Source of the DNA: Acidobacteriota bacterium
GTDB taxonomy: Bacteria > Acidobacteriota > Terriglobia > Terriglobales > Acidobacteriaceae
DNA length: 64,000 nt
NCBI GenBank assembly: GCA_019244045.1
Contig: JAFATF010000052.1
Coordinates: 15,636-79,635 of the forward strand
Direction: 5' to 3'
Part shown: positions 1-9,181 of the stretch, in pieces
Layout: each line of letters opens with the position of its first letter
Numbering within the stretch: position 1 is the first letter of the stretch
Position numbers and translations under genes: made by a program
The notes under the pieces: generated by a model
The model's database searches: none
What the model was told of the DNA's origin: nothing
The model's input: only the letters and a program-made list of their open reading frames with translations

Positions 1-25
1 CATCGGCGAGGCAGGAAAGTGTCCT

Positions 26-1366
26 CTAGCCGATTTCCTCCGCCCAATTCTCCAGCGTTTTTTTCACCAACGCCATGAACTGATCGGCTATCGCTCCATC
101 GATAACCCTGTGGTCGTATCCGAGAGTGAGATGAACCTGAGAGCGGATAGCAATCGAGTCAGTGCCCTCTTTATCGGTAATCACCAGGGGAGTCTTGGCG
201 ATTCCGCCCACCCCCATGATGGCCACATTCGGCTGGTTAATAATCGGGAGCCCGAACACCGCACCGAAACTTCCCGGGTTCGTTATGGTGAAGGTGGAGC
301 CCTGTACTTCATCGGGAACTAGCTTCTTCGTCCGCGCCCGCTCCCCCAAATCCGTGATTCCCCGCTGCAGGCCTAGAAAGTTCTTTTCTTCAGCATTCTT
401 CAGGACGGGGACGATCAAACCCCAGTCAAGCGCCACCGCAATGCCTACATGGATATGCCGATGGTAGTGAATGCTGTCGTTTTCGACCGAAGCATTGATA
501 ATCGGGAACTGCTCGAGGGCGATGATAGCGGCGCGGACAAAAAAAGGCATGAACGTCAGGCGCGTGCCGTAACGCTCCTCGAAACGGCCCTTGAGTTTGT
601 TGCGCAGGTTTACGATGCGGGTCACGTCGACTTCGAAGAGGTTATGAACGTGGGCACTGGTGCGACGCGATTCGATCATGCGCTGGGCAATGATCTTGCG
701 CATCGCTGACATGGCAACGCTTTCGCCGGCAATGGCGGCGGGAGAGGAGGCGGCGGCAGGCGCCGGGACCTGTGACACGGCCGCTCGAGCTGCGCCCGTA
801 GCCGCCGCGACCGCGGGCCCTTTCTCAAGGTAAGCCAGGATATCTTGTTTGGTGATCCTGCCGCCCAGCCCGGTGCCTTGCACGCGGGAAAGCTCCACAT
901 TATTTTCCCGCGCGATGCGGCGTACCAGCGGCGAAGAGCGGACGTGATCTTCTTCCTCGCCTGGGGGAAACTCGATTACTTCTTTCGGCTCTGCCATAGC
1001 GGGCGGTGGGGTTGTCGCGGCCGGGTGCGCGGCTTTTGGCTGCGACGTAGGAATGGGAGCGGGTGCCGCAGCCTCGGCCACCGATTCTTCTTTTAGCGCA
1101 GGTTTTCGGGGGGTGGGAGCTTGCGCTCCACCGTCGGAGGAAATACTGGCCACCACAGTATTGACTTGAACGGTCGTGCCTTCCGGAACCTTGATCTCTT
1201 CAAGGACACCCGAGGAGGGAGCCGGAATCTCGGCATCCACCTTGTCCGTAGAGATCTCAAACAGCGGTTCGTCGCGCTGTACCCTGTCGCCAGGCTTCTT
1301 CAGCCACTTCGTAATCGTGCCTTCAAAAATCGATTCCCCCATCTGGGGCATCACCACGTCAGCCAT
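26..1366 (-). CDS. 2-oxoacid dehydrogenase complex E2 component (dihydrolipoamide acyltransferase)
   Basis: N-terminal lipoyl domain (EISTDKVDAEIPAP), Ala/Pro linkers, E3-binding domain (SSPLVRRIARENNVEL..GTGLGGRITKQDI), catalytic domain with DHRVIDGA. Start moved from GTG 1378 to ATG 1366 (MADVVMPQMG), which is preceded by a GGAAGGA SD. Confidence 0.93.
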   Translation of the reverse strand: MADVVMPQMGESIFEGTITKWLKKPGDRVQRDEPLFEISTDKVDAEIPAPSSGVLEEIKVPEGTTVQVNTVVASISSDGGAQAPTPRKPALKEESVAEAAAPAPIPTSQPKAAHPAATTPPPAMAEPKEVIEFPPGEEEDHVRSSPLVRRIARENNVELSRVQGTGLGGRITKQDILAYLEKGPAVAAATGAARAAVSQVPAPAAASSPAAIAGESVAMSAMRKIIAQRMIESRRTSAHVHNLFEVDVTRIVNLRNKLKGRFEERYGTRLTFMPFFVRAAIIALEQFPIINASVENDSIHYHRHIHVGIAVALDWGLIVPVLKNAEEKNFLGLQRGITDLGERARTKKLVPDEVQGSTFTITNPGSFGAVFGLPIINQPNVAIMGVGGIAKTPLVITDKEGTDSIAIRSQVHLTLGYDHRVIDGAIADQFMALVKKTLENWAEEIG

Positions 1367-1531
1367 AGTTCCTTCCACTCAGTCGGAAATTTCGCCTGCG
1401 CGCGCAACTCACATTATATTCGCGCCACTTGGCGGTGTGGTAAGGCCTTCAGACGTTCGCCGGTTCCGATTTTATTGCTGCCCTGGGGCGCGCTTCGAGC
1501 GTACATGGGCTCGGTTCTACCTTAATCGATT

Positions 1532-2635
1532 TCACTCATAGGCCAGCGCATCAATGGGATCTTTCTGTGCCGCTTTGAAGGCCGGATACAGCGCTCCCGC
1601 CACGGCTCCCAGAATGGCGATGATGATGGCGCGCATGATCCAGCCGCCCGTCAGCTCCACGGTGAGCAAAGGCAGGCGGTGCTGGATGGCCGCGCGCGCC
1701 AGCGAACTGACGAGAATTCCGAAGACGATTCCTCCTGCGGCGAGCAGCACGGTCTCCCGCAGAATAATATTTACGATGTAGAGCTTCGATGCGCCCATGG
1801 ATTTCAAAATGCCAATCTCCCGCGTCCGCTCCATGACGGCGGCGTACATGGCCTGAAAGATGACAATGAAGCCTATGATCACAGAAATGGCGACGACCAC
1901 GGTAAGGAAACTTGATAAGCCGGGGTACTGGGAGGGCGTCATCATGGACAGGTAGTAGGACATCGAAGTCGCCACATATCGGCCCAAACCGGGCACGCGC
2001 TTGATGGCATCGACGACCGCCTCGGAGTTCTTCGCATCGTCCAATTTCAAGTAGAAGAGGGAAGCCTTTCCCGGTGCCGCCATCAAATCCTGTAGCGTGC
2101 TGAGAGGCAAGAATTTTCGCGCACCTTTGCCTTGCTCTACGATTCCCGAAACGCGAAATTCATGGTTTAGAATTTCGATTTCGCTCCCTACCTTAACGTG
2201 TTTGGACCGGGCAAACAGTTCATCCACCAGAACGTCAGAAGGCTGTTGGAAAGGCCCGCCCTGGAGGAAACGAAATGGCCGCAAGGCCTGATAACTGGCA
2301 AGATCAATGCCCGCGATGACCTCCAAAGCACCGGCGGTGGAGACCTGGGTTATAACCGGAGCCACCACCCTGACATGCGGCAGCTTCTTCAGTACTTCAC
2401 CTAGCTTAATCGACATCGGGGTGCCGGTGAGGCCTACGATGAACGATGAGCCCGGCGGCATGAGGATGACGTCGGCTCCGATCCCCGCTTGCCGCTGGCG
2501 TGAATCAGTCACCATGCCCAGCGAGAGGCCTACGATCAATAAAATCAGCGTTACCTCGAGCCCGACGGCGAGAATGCTGATCAGCGAACGCACTGGACGG
2601 TGGATCAGGTTGGCGAAGATCATTCGGTTGATCAT
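1532..2635 (-). CDS. ABC transporter permease, FtsX/MacB-LolC type (no fused ATPase)
   Basis: 367 aa. N-terminal TM (VRSLISILAVGLEVTLILLIVGL), large extracytoplasmic core domain, C-terminal 3-TM FtsX bundle (REIGILKSMGASK motif region). Confidence 0.88.
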   Translation of the reverse strand: MINRMIFANLIHRPVRSLISILAVGLEVTLILLIVGLSLGMVTDSRQRQAGIGADVILMPPGSSFIVGLTGTPMSIKLGEVLKKLPHVRVVAPVITQVSTAGALEVIAGIDLASYQALRPFRFLQGGPFQQPSDVLVDELFARSKHVKVGSEIEILNHEFRVSGIVEQGKGARKFLPLSTLQDLMAAPGKASLFYLKLDDAKNSEAVVDAIKRVPGLGRYVATSMSYYLSMMTPSQYPGLSSFLTVVVAISVIIGFIVIFQAMYAAVMERTREIGILKSMGASKLYIVNIILRETVLLAAGGIVFGILVSSLARAAIQHRLPLLTVELTGGWIMRAIIIAILGAVAGALYPAFKAAQKDPIDALAYE

Positions 2636-2677
2636 GGGTAAGACTTGCGCTTTTCTCAGGTGGTTGCCGACAAGCAG

Positions 2678-3604
2678 CTACGGCTTTTCGGAGTTTCCGC
2701 CATCGGAGGCTCGGGTTGAATTAGGCTCATCGAGATTCACCAGTTCCGCTCCCGGCGGCCGACTGAGGGTGAATTGCTCGTTCGTGAGCGCTTGATTCAA
2801 TTGCAACTTGATGATCTTGAGCACAATCGTATATTCCTCGACCGGCCTTAAAATTTCGAGGCGACTGGGGAAATTGATTCCATTGTAATTTTGAAAGTCA
2901 TCGTAGTGCGCGTCGGTGACCAGTGTTCCCCTCTCGTCAAAAATGCGCTGCCGGTGGGGTAGTAGGTCGCGGCGGCTGAACGTGATCTTGCGCGAAAGAA
3001 ACCAGTTGCGCTGCCCCTTTCCGATCACGTCAATTACGTAATCCGGTTCCAGAATCTCGGCGTTCTTCCCCGTCTTCACGGCTTCAAAATCGCCTTCGAG
3101 CACCGCGATCTCGTTATCGGGATCGATGTGGTGTAGCAGCAAGGCATCGAACAGGTGCTGCGGACGTACGTTTTCGAGCGCGTTCGCGGAAACGTGCGTG
3201 ATCTGATTGTGGCCGCTAATAAACTTGTTCTTGGGGGGAATCCACAGCTTGAACTGATTGCCGTCGCTGACCATGTCGAAAGCGCGGTTGCGCACCACCG
3301 GCATCAGGCCGATCATGCGCAGCATGCCCGGTTTTTGCGCCAGTACATAGCCCCGAATTTCCTGGTATTCGGTAACTTTTCCACGCTTGACCCCGCCCAC
3401 GGCGGTATCAATGTCAACCGTCGCCTGCAAGCTCCTAATTCGCTCCGCCTGCGAATTGATATAGTCGACCAACTGCTGTTGGCTGGCAGTTCTTAATTGC
3501 GCCGTCCCCTGGGGTTGCACTTTATGGGAGCGGAACAGGCACCCTGTCGCCGAAGCGAGCAGCGACACGGCTAGAACGGCGCGATATCGGTCGAGGCCAC
3601 TCAT
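2678..3604 (-). CDS. lipoprotein, possibly LolA/LolB-fold outer-membrane lipoprotein-sorting family
   Basis: Start moved to ATG 3604 (MSGLDRYRAVLAVSLLASATGC, clear lipobox). The gene is 42 nt upstream of the FtsX permease. The fold assignment is only a motif-level impression. Confidence 0.7.
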   Translation of the reverse strand: MSGLDRYRAVLAVSLLASATGCLFRSHKVQPQGTAQLRTASQQQLVDYINSQAERIRSLQATVDIDTAVGGVKRGKVTEYQEIRGYVLAQKPGMLRMIGLMPVVRNRAFDMVSDGNQFKLWIPPKNKFISGHNQITHVSANALENVRPQHLFDALLLHHIDPDNEIAVLEGDFEAVKTGKNAEILEPDYVIDVIGKGQRNWFLSRKITFSRRDLLPHRQRIFDERGTLVTDAHYDDFQNYNGINFPSRLEILRPVEEYTIVLKIIKLQLNQALTNEQFTLSRPPGAELVNLDEPNSTRASDGGNSEKP

Positions 3605-3671
3605 GAGCGCGTTAGATGAGTATATCGCTGACCTCGTTCCCTGGGACGAAACTGAGTGCACGGGACGAACT

Positions 3672-6134
3672 TCAAATTCTCAATTCGACCACGGTCGCTC
3701 CCGCCCCGCCTTCATTGTGAGCCGGCTGGGACACGGAGGCTACATGCGGGTGGTTTTGGAGATATTGCCGGAGAGCTTTGCGCAGAATACCCATGCCACT
3801 GCCGTGAATGACGCGCACCCGCGGCAATCCTGCGAGGAACGCCCGATCGAGGAACTTTTCCACCCGACGGGTGGCTTCATCGACGGTGTGCCCGATGACG
3901 TTGATTTCCGACGGTGTATTCAACTCACCGGCATCGCTGGCGAGTGATACGCGGATACCGCGGGAGCGCGCCGCTTCGACCGGCGAAGCCGAGGGCCGCA
4001 GCAAGACCTGGGCGATATCCGCGCGCGTGATCTTCATCTTCATGGAGCCGATTTCAACTTCAAAATGATCAGCATCAAGCCTGCGCTTCACACTGGCGGC
4101 GCGGCCCATAGACTTGAGCTTGACGGTGTCGCCCTCTGACACATCTCGTACCAGCCCGGGCTGGGCATGAGGATCGCCGCGGTCTGCTCCGGTCACGTGT
4201 GCGACCACGGTGGCATCGAACTGTTCGCGGAACTCGCGGCGGAGCTGCGCCATGCGCCGTTCGGCATTCTTGGAGAGCTTTTGGGCGGCCGCACGCTCCT
4301 CGATCCCGCGTACCGCCTCGCGGGCCTGGTACTCGAAATCCTTGAACAGGCTCTCCAGCTTCTTCTCCATTCCGCGAACCTTGTCGCGCTGCTCGCGCGC
4401 GCCCTCGCCCTGCAGCCGCGCCCGCTCCCGTTCAAGTTGCTCTCGTTCCTGTTCGAGGCGCTCGCGCTCACGCTCGGTATGCCGTAATTGGCCATGTAAA
4501 CGGTCGAGGAAAGTGCCTACGTCCTGCGCTTCGGTGCTCAAGCGGCGGCGGGCCAAGGCGATGATGGCCTGGTTCAAGCCGAGCCGCTGGGCAGTGTTGA
4601 TTCCTGCGGAAGCCCCGGGAACACCAATTTGCAGCTCGTAGGTGGGTTGTAAAGTGGTTTCATCGAATCCCACCGCCGCGTTAAGAACGCCCGGCGTACT
4701 GGCCCCGTACACTTTTAAGGAGGTGTGGTGCGTGGAGATCAGCGTCATAGTGCCAAGTGTCCGGAAATGGTCGGCGATGGCGACGGCCAGTGCCGCCCCT
4801 TCTATCGGATCTGTGGCCGAAACCAGTTCATCGAGCAGTACCAGGGACTCGGCTGTCGCCTCGCGCGAAATCCAATCAATACGCCCAATATGCGCGGAAA
4901 AGGTGGAAAGGTTCTGTTCGATCGACTGGTAGTCCCCAATGTCGGCGAGTACCGCGTCAAATATGGGGAATTCCGCTCGGTTGGCGGTCACCGGCAGGCC
5001 AGATTGCGCCATCAGTGCTAGCAGAGCGACGGTTTTCAGGACAACCGTCTTTCCGCCCGTATTCGGCCCCGTGATGATCAGCTCCCTCGCGTTCCCCGCG
5101 AGCTCGACACTGATCGGAACCACCCGCCCGCCTTTGGCTTGCACATTGCGGGCAAGTACAGGATGACGCGCTTGGTCGAGAATAAGCCGCGAGGTGGCGC
5201 TCCCGCCGGCAGGCGAGATAACGGCGGCGACGCAGCCGTAATCGTCGGCAAAGCGCGCTTTGGCAAATTGCATTTCGAGTTCGGCCAGAACTTCGCCCGC
5301 CGTGACGATCGCATCCGCCTGCTCCCCGATGCGGCGCGTCATTTCGAGCAGAATGCGGTGAATCTCGGCTTGCTCCTCCTCCAACAAGCGCACCAGCTCG
5401 TTATTCTGCTCGATAGTTTCGAGTGGCTCGATAAAAACCGTTTGCCCGCTCGAGCTGGTACCGTGCACAACCCCCTGCACCCGGCGCTTCTGCTCGGCCT
5501 TAATGGGAATCACAAAGCGCTCACCTCGAATGGTAACCACCTCGTCCTGCGCTGCGCCCCCCTCACTCAGCCGGTGCAGGTAGCTTCTCAGTGAATCTTG
5601 AATCAGACGGCGCTGCTTCTCGACCTCGCGGCGAATGCGAGCCAATTCCGGGGAAGCGCGGTCATCGAGCGTGCCCTCGGGCAAAATCTTGTTGCGAAAG
5701 GAACGCAGTAGGTTGGTGAAATCAATAATTGCCGACGACAAAGTGCGAACCGCCGCCCAGTCGCTTTCGACGGCGGCCGGAGGCCGAAGCGCGATCTCTC
5801 GCCACTCGGCGGCGCGATCGATCACCAGCACGACATCGCGAATCTCAGTCGGCTGCAGTGAGGAGCCCTGGATACGAGCCTTCTCAACCATCCTTCCGAT
5901 GGCGAGCAAGCCGGAAAATTCAAAGCGTCCGCCCCGCCGACGGAATTCCCGAATTTCGGCGGCCAGCTGTTGCTGGTTGTCGATCCAAAGCCCATCGGTC
6001 GAAGGGGTAAGCGCTCGAATGCGAGCTTGCCCGAGAGGCGAGACAGCATAGGTTGCGATCAGGTCTCGCACGGTGTCGAATTCGAGGACACGTGCGCTGG
6101 TATGACGCAGTGGTTGAGGCGGCATCAGGACCAT
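3672..6134 (-). CDS. mutS2: endonuclease MutS2 (MutS domain V ATPase + C-terminal Smr)
   Basis: Walker A GPNTGGKTVVLKT, long Glu/Arg coiled coil, C-terminal Smr domain (RVIHGSGMGILRKAL). Start uncertain (ATG 6134 or 6125). The ORF opens at 6248, directly abutting the MOSC stop. Confidence 0.93.
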   Translation of the reverse strand: MVLMPPQPLRHTSARVLEFDTVRDLIATYAVSPLGQARIRALTPSTDGLWIDNQQQLAAEIREFRRRGGRFEFSGLLAIGRMVEKARIQGSSLQPTEIRDVVLVIDRAAEWREIALRPPAAVESDWAAVRTLSSAIIDFTNLLRSFRNKILPEGTLDDRASPELARIRREVEKQRRLIQDSLRSYLHRLSEGGAAQDEVVTIRGERFVIPIKAEQKRRVQGVVHGTSSSGQTVFIEPLETIEQNNELVRLLEEEQAEIHRILLEMTRRIGEQADAIVTAGEVLAELEMQFAKARFADDYGCVAAVISPAGGSATSRLILDQARHPVLARNVQAKGGRVVPISVELAGNARELIITGPNTGGKTVVLKTVALLALMAQSGLPVTANRAEFPIFDAVLADIGDYQSIEQNLSTFSAHIGRIDWISREATAESLVLLDELVSATDPIEGAALAVAIADHFRTLGTMTLISTHHTSLKVYGASTPGVLNAAVGFDETTLQPTYELQIGVPGASAGINTAQRLGLNQAIIALARRRLSTEAQDVGTFLDRLHGQLRHTERERERLEQEREQLERERARLQGEGAREQRDKVRGMEKKLESLFKDFEYQAREAVRGIEERAAAQKLSKNAERRMAQLRREFREQFDATVVAHVTGADRGDPHAQPGLVRDVSEGDTVKLKSMGRAASVKRRLDADHFEVEIGSMKMKITRADIAQVLLRPSASPVEAARSRGIRVSLASDAGELNTPSEINVIGHTVDEATRRVEKFLDRAFLAGLPRVRVIHGSGMGILRKALRQYLQNHPHVASVSQPAHNEGGAGATVVELRI

Positions 6135-6248
6135 GTTACAGGACACAAGGGCGCGGAGCGGGAGAGGAGCGCCCGGCAAGGGTGCGGTCATTGCGGGTTG
6201 CGCTGGCGTTGGGCAAAGCCGCGCCCTCGGCCATGCGGCTATAGCCAT

Positions 6249-7037
6249 TCAGTTTGAAGGCAAACGATTTTGGACCGGATGAAGAACGATGGTCTGTCCG
6301 ATTGAGAGTCGACCGATGCGCGTCACCGTGCCATAGATGCCCACGTTGTTCTCGTTCCCCCGAACGCATGCCTCCATCACCTCAGGGGAAGGATTCCCAC
6401 CCTCAGGGTCGATGTTCACCATGGCGCAGCGAAGGTCGCGCATTGTGACGGTAACGGCGGGGGCATCGTCGCTTTCGCCGAACCTGAGCACACCGCCTAG
6501 CCATTCATCCTCCTCGAAGGCAAGCGCGCGCAGGGATCGGACAACTATATTCGGACGAAAGCGTCGGACGTCTGGGGTCTTTCCTGCGAGTCGGCAGACC
6601 TGTCGAACGGTATCAGAGGTGATCACGGAGATGTTCGCTTCGTCGAAGATACCGTGCTTCAGATGCATCATCTCTACGGGAGCACCGTAGCGTCGTCCGA
6701 CCTCCGCCGCGAGAGTTTCTCCGAATAAGGTCATCTCTTTCCCCTCGGGTGTAAGAACATGGGTGGGCAGTGCTTCGCCCTTCCCGTTTTCACGCGGCAG
6801 CGGAGTGAAGGAGATGAGGTCGAGGGCCTTGCCCGCAGTCAGCCAAGGGAACCCGCCGCGCGCATCGCGCCGACGAAACGCGAGTCGCCTATCGCCTTCG
6901 AGCCCGTGCCACCCCAACAGGACGTGCTCGAGCGGCTCGCCGCGCATGGATTTCACCGGATAGCGGAAAATGGCTTCAATCTGTCCAATCTTCATTGGCA
7001 CGTCGTGAAGGTATGCATGGACCCGCACCACCGTCAA
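6249..7037 (-). CDS. MOSC domain-containing protein
   Basis: N-terminal beta-barrel motif IFRYPVKSMRGEPL and a C-terminal MOSC-like region. Start is either TTG 7037 or ATG 6995 (MKIGQIEAIF). Confidence 0.85.
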   Translation of the reverse strand: MTVVRVHAYLHDVPMKIGQIEAIFRYPVKSMRGEPLEHVLLGWHGLEGDRRLAFRRRDARGGFPWLTAGKALDLISFTPLPRENGKGEALPTHVLTPEGKEMTLFGETLAAEVGRRYGAPVEMMHLKHGIFDEANISVITSDTVRQVCRLAGKTPDVRRFRPNIVVRSLRALAFEEDEWLGGVLRFGESDDAPAVTVTMRDLRCAMVNIDPEGGNPSPEVMEACVRGNENNVGIYGTVTRIGRLSIGQTIVLHPVQNRLPSN

Positions 7038-7144
7038 GTGAAACTGCTTACACAGCCGGTATCAAACTGATCCACTACCCCTCTGCGTCTTTGCTGGCCC
7101 TCTGCTAAAATTCATCGAGCCCACGTACCCGGCCTGCAGACAAC

Positions 7145-8242
7145 ATGGCCTTTCCCGTTACCCGCCTCCGTCGTATGCGCCGCAGCGAGCCCTTGCGCTC
7201 GCTGGTGCGCGAGACCCGCCTCACACCCGAGTCCCTCGTCTATCCCCTTTTTGTTTGCTCCGGCGAGGGCGTTCGCAAGCCGGTCCGCTCGATGCCCGGA
7301 GTCTTCAATGTCTCAGTCGACGAGGCGGTCAAGGAGGCGCGCCAGGCACACTCGCTGGGCGTTCGTTCCGTCATATTGTTCGGCCTGCCGCGGGAGAAGG
7401 ACGAGCTAGCAACGGGGGCGTGGGCCGAAGATGGCATCGTGCAGCAGGCAGCGCGCGCCTTGAAGACAGAGGTCCGCGATCTGGTCATTATCGGTGACGT
7501 TTGTCTGTGCGAGTATACCTCTCACGGCCATTGCGGCCTGGTTCGCTCGTCGCCCGAGCGGAAGTCGCTGGGAGCCGCAGCGCTGAAGCGCGAGAGTACA
7601 GCCGCCCTGGCGAGCGACAAAAATACATTGCATGAGAGCCTCTCTGCCGTGCCCGCTCCTGTTGCGCCCGCTGAGTATGAGATCTTGAACGACGCCACGG
7701 TGGAGTTGCTGGCCCGTATAGCTGTTTCACTGGCTCGCGCCGGAGTCGATATCATCGCCCCTTCGGACATGATGGATGGCCGCGTAGGCGCCATTCGCAG
7801 AGGACTCGACGAGAACGCCTTTGTGAATACTCCGATTCTCTCCTACGCGGCGAAGTTTGCTTCCGGTTTTTACGGGCCCTTTCGCGAAGCGGCTGATTCT
7901 CGACCCCAATTTGGCGACCGCCGTTCCTATCAGATGGATCCGGCGAACCTGCGCGAAGCCATGCGCGAGATCGAACTCGATCTCGAGGAAGGCGCCGACC
8001 TGATCATGATCAAACCCGCTCTGCCCTATCTCGATGTTATCGCGGCCGCGCGCCAACGCTTCGACGTACCCCTGGCCGCCTATCAGGTGTCTGGCGAGTA
8101 TGCCATGATCGAAGCCGCCGCGCGAAATCAATGGATTGAGAGGGAACGGGTGATGATTGAATCGCTCATCTCCATTCGCCGCTCTGGCGCACAAATCATC
8201 GTCACCTATTTCGCTAAAGACGCGGCTCGCCTGCTGGCCTAA
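7145..8242 (+). CDS. hemB: porphobilinogen synthase (delta-aminolevulinate dehydratase), Zn-type, with an internal insertion
   Basis: Cys-rich zinc site [28 protein letters not shown], active-site Lys regions ([19 protein letters not shown]). 365 aa against the usual ~325. Confidence 0.95.
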   Translation: MAFPVTRLRRMRRSEPLRSLVRETRLTPESLVYPLFVCSGEGVRKPVRSMPGVFNVSVDEAVKEARQAHSLGVRSVILFGLPREKDELATGAWAEDGIVQQAARALKTEVRDLVIIGDVCLCEYTSHGHCGLVRSSPERKSLGAAALKRESTAALASDKNTLHESLSAVPAPVAPAEYEILNDATVELLARIAVSLARAGVDIIAPSDMMDGRVGAIRRGLDENAFVNTPILSYAAKFASGFYGPFREAADSRPQFGDRRSYQMDPANLREAMREIELDLEEGADLIMIKPALPYLDVIAAARQRFDVPLAAYQVSGEYAMIEAAARNQWIERERVMIESLISIRRSGAQIIVTYFAKDAARLLA

Positions 8243-8256
8243 AGGAGACCTCAAGG

Positions 8257-9165
8257 ATGTCGAACCGCGCGGCGCCGGACTCGGCTGTGTGCCGGCGGGC
8301 GAAGCGAGCTCCCCCGCCGGTGCGCAGTTTCGCAGTTTTCTTTGTCTCGTCGACCTGTCGTAGAATTCGAAAGGGGTTTGCAGCGTTGATCTCGGCAGTT
8401 CACCTCGGCCTAATTGATTACGCCAACGCACTTGCCCTGCAACGAAGGCTCGTCGATGCTCGGAAACAAGGAACGACAGGGGATGTGCTTCTCTTCCTCG
8501 AACACTCGCCGGTGATCACGTTGGGGCGCAACGCCAGACGAGAGCACGTGCTCGTCTCCGCTCAGGAGCTTCAGGATCAAAGGGTTGGGATTTTCGAATG
8601 CGATCGCGGCGGAGATGTCACCTTCCATGGACCCGGTCAGCTGGTGGGCTATCCAATCTTTGACCTGCGCGGGTTCGCCTGCGCGCCGACAAAACGCAAA
8701 AGCTTAGGCGCGGTCGAGTTTGTCCGCCGACTCGAAGAGGTGCTGATCCGGACCTGTGCAGCCTTCAAAGTCCTAAGCCAACGGGTGCCCGGTCTGACCG
8801 GAGTGTGGACACGGGAGACCGAATCGAAGCCGCCGGCCAAGATCGCCGCCATTGGAGTGCACGTCTCTCAGAGCGTGACCTCGCACGGTTTCGCCTTGAA
8901 TGTGAACACCAATCTCGATTATTTCCGGTGGATCGTCCCCTGCGGCATTTCCTGCAAGCCGGTGACCTCGATGGAAAACGAGCTGGGCGCCAAAGTTGAT
9001 CTACAAGGCGTCATGGGCGCCGCTGCCCGCAGTTTCGCCGAGGTCTTTCAAACCGAGATCGAATTGGTGGAGAGTCTCGAGCAGTTAAGCCATAAGCTTG
9101 GGCTACCCCTGCGACCGCCTGCTGAGTTGCGGCGCCTATACGAGGAAGAAACCTACTGGGCTTAG
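8257..9165 (+). CDS. lipB: lipoyl(octanoyl) transferase
   Basis: EHSPVITLGRN, GGDVTFHGPGQLVGYPI, KIAAIGV (catalytic Lys) and IVPCGI (catalytic Cys). ATG 8257 has an AAGGAG SD but adds a 43-aa Arg-rich extension. An alternative TTG start at 8386 gives a canonical length. Confidence 0.9.
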   Translation: MSNRAAPDSAVCRRAKRAPPPVRSFAVFFVSSTCRRIRKGFAALISAVHLGLIDYANALALQRRLVDARKQGTTGDVLLFLEHSPVITLGRNARREHVLVSAQELQDQRVGIFECDRGGDVTFHGPGQLVGYPIFDLRGFACAPTKRKSLGAVEFVRRLEEVLIRTCAAFKVLSQRVPGLTGVWTRETESKPPAKIAAIGVHVSQSVTSHGFALNVNTNLDYFRWIVPCGISCKPVTSMENELGAKVDLQGVMGAAARSFAEVFQTEIELVESLEQLSHKLGLPLRPPAELRRLYEEETYWA

Positions 9166-9181
9166 CTTGGGTCTTTCGGGG

